From the human T2T-CHM13v2.0 reference genome, Homo sapiens: 64,000 bases of DNA. Location of the stretch: the NCBI RefSeq assembly GCF_009914755.1, contig NC_060926.1. One strand, written 5' to 3'. The notes beneath the pieces are model-generated. The model saw nothing but the letters and a program-made list of their open reading frames with translations, did not search any database and was not told the DNA's origin. The position numbers and the translations under genes are program-made. This document shows positions 57,969-64,000 of this stretch, one piece after another. How positions within the stretch are numbered: the first letter of the stretch is position 1; the number at the start of each line of letters is the position of its first letter.

Positions 57969-59125
57969 GGTGAGACAGAGTCTCACTCTGTCACCCAGGC
58001 TGTAGTGCAGTGATGTGATCTTGGCTCATTGCAACCTCCAGCTCCTGGGTTCAAGCGATTCTCCTGCCTCAGGCTCTGGAGCAGCTGGGACTACAGGTGT
58101 GCACCACCATGCCCGGCTAATTTTTGTATTTTTAGTAGAGATGGGGTTTCACCATATTGGCCAGGCTGGTCTTGAACTCCTGACCTCAGGTGATCCACCC
58201 ACCTCAGCCTCCCACAGTGCTGGGATTACAGGCGTCAGCCACCGAGCCCAGACCCAGATGATTCTAATCAGCAGCCAGGGTTGAGAAACACTGATATTAA
58301 GTAATTGTGCTGTCAATCAGTGGGACCTCCCTGAAGCCCTCCTGGTTCCTAAGGGTTATCAAAAGCCATGCTGCCCCTGCAGGGAACAGTTACAGGCAGC
58401 AAAAGAAAGTACAGAATCTCCTGCTATAAAAGTGGCCCTGACATTGTTTAGGGAACCTAAAAGAGGGATCCTCTCTGATTGTGGTTTATTTTGCGATTAG
58501 AGCAGTGGTTCCCAAAGTTGCCTGCACGTTCGAATCACCAGGGTGCTTCAAAAAATATTAACACCTCTATCCCACTTATATTGACTGCAATTTAATTGGT
58601 CTGAAGTATGGCCTGGGCTTTGGAAATTTTAAAAGATCCATGGATGTTTCTATATGTGTAGACAAGTTTGGGAACCACTGGATTGGGTAAAGAGAAGAGG
58701 GGGGCATTCATCACTATCTGCTTGGCTATTTTGAGACTGGTATTTCCTAATTTGGGGTAGGATCTGGAGCATGATTCTCAAACTTTGCTGCATATTAGAA
58801 ACACTTGGGGAGCTTTAAAAAATCCTGATGCCCAGGCCACCCTTCATACCAATTAACTCAATCTCTGAGAGTAGGACCTAGGCATCAGTATCTTTAACAT
58901 CTCCAGCTGGTTCTATTGGCAATTAAGTTTGAGAACCTGTAATCTACTACAGTGGTTCCCAAAGCAGCATCAGCCTCACCTGGGTACTTATCAGAAAGGC
59001 AGATTCTCAGGTCTCACTTCAAATCTGTTAAATTAGAAACTCTGGGGGTGATAGGGCCAGCGATCTGTGTTTGCACAAACCCTCCAGGTGACTTAGATGT
59101 GTGTTAAAGTTGAAGGCCGCCGATC
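57795..59125. mobile_element. Cluster of MER5-like hAT MITEs, one interrupted by an antisense Alu (57941-58255)
   Basis: Repeated termini cagtg(g/a)tt(c/t)(c/t)caa ... tt(g)agaa.cactg at about 57795, 58503, 58770 and 58950. Confidence 0.65.
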
Positions 59126-59647
59126 TAGAGAAACGTGGCTGCCTATTTGCCCTCAATTTCCTAGTGAACCTCCCTAACCACACATGCAGAGGTGAAAACT
59201 CTCAGTATACAACATTCTCAACATAGACCCTCTTACTATATGTAAAAAAAAAATTCCATTCTTGTATTTTTTTCTTGAAATCATTCCATTATTTAGGATT
59301 GACCAAGCTGAAAGTAAATATAACTGCCAGGAAGCAAACATTTTTAAACCTCATTTAACCTTAACCTCATATTGTTTAAATGTGGTCACTTTCTTTAGGT
59401 CATTTAAAACTATTATTTATCTCTTAATTTGTTGCCCTGAATTTTATGTAATTAAGGTTATTCCCTTTATTAGTAGCAAATATTTTTTGTATGCTTTCCT
59501 CTACATAAAAATCAGTGCATGGTACAATTATTGAGAACTAATTTGGAACATTGATGAAATTAAGTCAGAGCATGTCTTATGTAGGTACAAGCTAATTTTA
59601 ATAATTATTTTAAATCTCCATTCATCACAGAATGATTTGGGGTAAAT

Positions 59648-59927
59648 CTTTTTTTTTTTTTTTTTTTTTTGAGATGGAGTCTTGCTGTGCAATCTTGACT
59701 CACTGCAACCTCCGCCTCCCGGGTTCAAGCAGTTCTCTTGCCTCAGCCTCCGGAGTAGCTAGGATTACAGACGCACACTACCATGCCTGGCTAATTTTTA
59801 TATTTTTAGTAGAGACGGGGTTTTGCCATATTGGCCGGGCTGGTCTCAAACTCCTGATCTCAGGTGACCTGCCCCCCTCGGCCTCCCAAAGTGCTGGGAT
59901 CACAGGTGTAAGCCACCACACCTGGCT
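59648..59927 (-). mobile_element. Alu (AluS-like)
   Basis: Antisense Alu; TSD tgatttggggg(t). Confidence 0.88.
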
Positions 59928-60792
59928 GATTTGGGGTTGTCTTGTGCCAGGTCTTGACAATTTGTGGAGAGATATTAATATATTATTTGTCCTCAGATGC
60001 CTTTGAGGCTTGAGGACATTGATATTGGGGGGGGGAATTAAAATGGAGTGATAATTGCTATAATACCATATAAAGGATGATATGAGAAAGAGAAAGCAAC
60101 AAACTGTGCTTAAGGAAGGTGAGAAAGGTTTCAGAGAGAAGGCGGCATTTAGAAGCTTCCCACACAAAGAAAATATTCCAGGCACCAGGCAGAGCAGACA
60201 TGTTCAGCACACATCGTACAAGGGAATTCAAGTTATCTGTATCTTTATAACCTTGAATATTCAGAGATGAAGACCAGTTCTTACCTAAGTCAAGTGCAAA
60301 GTCTAAGAGTAGTCCTCAAACAGAACAATAAAGGGGAAGGGGAACAAATTTTCATAAAGTGACAGCTGTGTATCAGGTGCCATGCTAGGCACTAGTGTAT
60401 AGGAACAATTGAAGGCATAATTAAGTCTACCGATAGTCCCTGCTCTTCCTCAGTTCTTTCTCTTAAGCAAGAGTCTGCTTACTTTGACTCAGAGACCAGC
60501 CATCTTCATCAATTCAAAGGTGAATGAATGTTTAACTGCTTAGCTATTTATTCCTCTTCTCTGCAGTCTTTGATTCCCAGAGAATGCTGAACTGCCTAGG
60601 CATCCAGATTAAATACTGTGGCAGTAGTTCAGGCACATGCTCATCCAGACAATGCATATTTGGGAGATATTTAAGTTCTGTTCTACCAGGCAGGTGCATC
60701 TTCTTCTGAGTAAGAGCCACTAGGGTTTTTTCAAAGATCCACATTTGTATTCTGAACACAGGGAAACCTATGGAACTAAAGCTGCTTATTGA

Positions 60793-60927
<135 letters not shown>

Positions 60928-61129
60928 ACAAGGTGACAAAACATAATAGATTGGGAGGTGGTTTGTTTGGTGAATGGGGCTTTAATTTATTCTGTTTTTT
61001 AAAAGCTTGTACAGACACTCATGTAGAAATTATTCAAGAAGTTATTGTCTAAGAGATGAGCAGTAGGTAAGAAAACCTCAGTCATTGACTCTTCAATGTA
61101 ATGATCAGAGTTTAAAACCATTTTCTAAT

Positions 61130-61473
61130 AATAAATTAAATCTTCAGTTGAACAAATTATTTTGTGAATCTGTTTCACTCAATGGATTGTAAAGAAGGCT
61201 CCTAAATTTGAGTTGTTTGCTAATCATTTCATTTGCATCATTAGGGTATCCTTAAACTGATTTTCTATTACAATTGGAAGTGGAGAATATGTGCATCTAC
61301 ACTAAAAAAATGTTTAAGATATCAAAAACCTCTCCTCGTGCTTCAAAATGACAGGAATCCTGTGCATTATACTAAGAATTACATGCCATAAGATGACTTC
61401 AGAAATCCTACTTCAGAAGTGTAATAAATGGATGGGGAAATCGTTTGATGGGGAAAAGTCTCTTGTAAGTAAA
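61130..61473 (+). terminator. KLHL41: Candidate KLHL41 polyadenylation signals
   Basis: AATAAA/ATTAAA at 61130-61140, AATAAA at 61423-61428, AGTAAA at 61468-61473. Confidence 0.55.
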
Positions 61474-62713
61474 AGTAGTCAAATTCAAATGGCCTTTTCT
61501 CTCCATTCTTTTTGCGACACTGGCGTATTATTTGTGGTTTCCAAATCAAATTTTTAAAATTTTAATTTAAAACCAGTAAATCACAGTCTTCAAGCCATTA
61601 ACTACAGCATCTGTGGCAGGAGGGTGAGGGAGCACCCTTAGGAAATGGATTGATTCTTTAAACTGCTGGGACAGCAGTTGGGGTCAGTGGGTGATGTGGA
61701 GGAGGAAGTGTATTCACTGGTTTAAATTTTGGCTACACTCCATGAAAGGGCTACCTATTTGCTAAATTTCTGACAGCAAGGAAGGTGACTGTATTATTTC
61801 ATTTTCTGGGATGTGATATCCTCCATTCACTGTTCCTTCTTAGTGCATATAGTAAGTTGACTCCTCAATCTGCTCATAACCATCACATTCAACTCTGTGC
61901 AAGTCATCAATTAATCATCACTTTTAGCCACACACCAACTTATGAGTCTCACATAGCTTTCATAGACATATATTTGACTTCTATCCTTACCCATATTATT
62001 TTCTGAAAAACCTGACTTGGGACTAATTTGGAACATTCATGATTATTTGTCAAGGAGTTGCATAAAGAACAGATCTAAGTGTCCATACACCTTTTTTTCT
62101 CTACCATAAATACAGAAATATATTTAACAGAAACAAGTTTTATTTTGGGTATTTAAAGTAGAATCCTGATTACTTTTCTATATTGAAAAATACTTTTCTT
62201 AAATTATAGCATGAATACAGAATCATGAAATTCCCAAAGTGGAAAATCCTACAGGTTCTTCAACAAATAAACTGTTAGGAAGAGGAAGGGGCACTTATAA
62301 AGACAGACTCAAAAGTGTAGAGGAAGAGGGGGCCACAGGGATAATGGTGTCCGGAAATGTACATCTGGGTGATAAAACTGTAAGAAGTACTTACTATAAA
62401 ATCAGGATTGAGGTTAATTTTAGGGAGAGAATGCCAATCTACATAGATGTAAAATTAAGTTGTAAAAATAATGCTTCTTCCAGGGTTTGAGGATGATGAT
62501 GTTCTGGAATCAGATATGGGTGATGGTTGCACAAATATACTAAAAACCACTGAATTATACACTTTTAAAGGGTGAATTTTATAGTATGGGATTTATATCT
62601 CAATAAAAAATGCTTTTGTTTATAACAATCTAAGTTATTTAGATAGAAAAATCATCAATCAAAAAATAAGAGTATCTATATAAAGAAAACCATTTGAATC
62701 AGATAGCCTAGAG

Positions 62714-63001
62714 CAAGGGTCCCCACCTGGGCCACATAGCAAGAGGTGAACAGTGGGCAGGCAAGTGAGCATTACCACTTGAGCTCCACCTCCTGTCAGA
62801 TCAGCAGCTACCTTAGATTCTCATAGGGGGACAAACCCTATTGTGAACTGTACATGCGAGGGAACTAAGTTGCATGCTCCTTATGAGACTCTAACTAATG
62901 CCTGATGATCTGAGGGGGAACAGTTTCATCCTGAAATCATACCATCCCCCAACTGCTGTCCATGGAAGAACTGTCTTCCGCAAAAAGGTTAGGGACTGCT
63001 G
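62714..63001 (-). mobile_element. MER1B-like hAT-Charlie MITE
   Basis: Inverted termini caagggtcccca ... agggactgctg with 8-bp TSD gcctagag (62706-62713 and 63002-63009). Confidence 0.8.
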
Positions 63002-64000
63002 GCCTAGAGAGAGTAGGAGATGTGACAGGTAAAAAGTTAGATCATGTGTAACAACTAGTGAAAGTATACCAGGGTTATTCAATCAAGATTTCCATGTACC
63101 ACAAGTATATAATGACTAAATTTTTAATGATTTATATCCAAAGGAAACCCTTTATAACCCTCATCAGCCTAATCATTTTATTCTAAAGTTGCATAGTAAA
63201 ATATTTTAACCTATTCAATGGTCTAGTTCTTGTTATCACTTGCTTGAGAAATAGAACACATTTCATGGAAATTAAACACTGAATTTAGCATTTCCACTAA
63301 TATGACTATGAGGAAATTCAGAAAGAGGAAGAGACAATGAGACATCTTTCACTTACTATTCTGATTTTGTTTTTCACAAAACGTTTTGTGAAGTTAATAT
63401 TCCACAAAATCATTAAGTATTGGAGTTCAAATCATGCAAAGTCATTGGATATTTTAAACATGTACTTCAACTAAGCCTAAGCCAAACATCAGTGAAGCAA
63501 TTTACATGCAAGACACAAATTTTAAAGCTATGCTTATGATTGAAGGCACTCCAGCTACCAACTTATTTTGAGATAGTATGAATTGAGAAGGTCATGGAGT
63601 CAGAAGATAGCCACGGTTCAGATGGTCAATTACCTCCACCACCACCAGGTGGCGTAACTGAGAGTAGTTAGGCTGTGGCCTGCTGAGCACAAAACCATCA
63701 CTCTTAGAGGAAGGGTTGGGGATTATATCACACAGTAGGCCCTTAGTAACCATTTTATTGAATAAATGTGTTGTAAGACAGGGAGAAGCCATTATTCCCT
63801 CAATGTGTAGGATTACACCAGGTCAAGATGGTCCACTCAGCTACTACCCCATTTCTTTGCTTCCATTTAGGAGAAAATGTATCTCCTCCCATTTTCTCTT
63901 GAACCAGTCAGGCTTTCACATGCACCACTTCAAAACGACTATTTTCAAAGTACTAATGATTTTCATGTTGCTAAATTTAATAGCCATTTCCCATTTGTCA

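Noticed and set aside
63700-64000. Possible 3' end of the neighbouring minus-strand gene (FASTKD1 by recalled synteny); minus-strand AATAAA at 63754-63759
   Set aside because: No coding exon is visible in the window and the region looks like an old L2-type repeat; not supportable from sequence alone.

Overview
Human (hominid) genomic DNA, recognisable as the BBS5-KLHL41 locus (2q31.1, from gene identity). On the + strand I reconstructed all 12 coding exons of BBS5 (14167..39822; 1026 nt, 341 aa) from a CpG-island promoter and all 6 coding exons of the muscle BTB-BACK-Kelch gene KLHL41 (45018..60927; 1821 nt, 606 aa). All introns are GT-AG. The rest is Alu/L1/LTR/DNA-transposon-rich sequence plus a ~3.1 kb AT-rich island at the start. 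Main unusual structures: (1) a TSD-flanked three-part retrocopy in the BBS5 3' UTR, made of intronless DTD2 5' exons joined to an SVA whose SINE-R is cut off and ends in the 3' tip of an L1, with a 97-aa chimeric ORF; (2) an intact duplicate of BBS5 exon 2 in intron 2 with both splice sites, sitting in the loop of an inverted repeat; (3) an AluYa5 flanked by a 335-bp direct repeat instead of a normal short TSD; (4) a decayed antisense coding-like segment in BBS5 intron 9 with 14 x 27-bp (9-aa) repeats; (5) phase compatibility for a 544-aa BBS5-KLHL41 read-through protein. Repeat family names and consensus comparisons are from memory and need RepeatMasker/BLAST confirmation.
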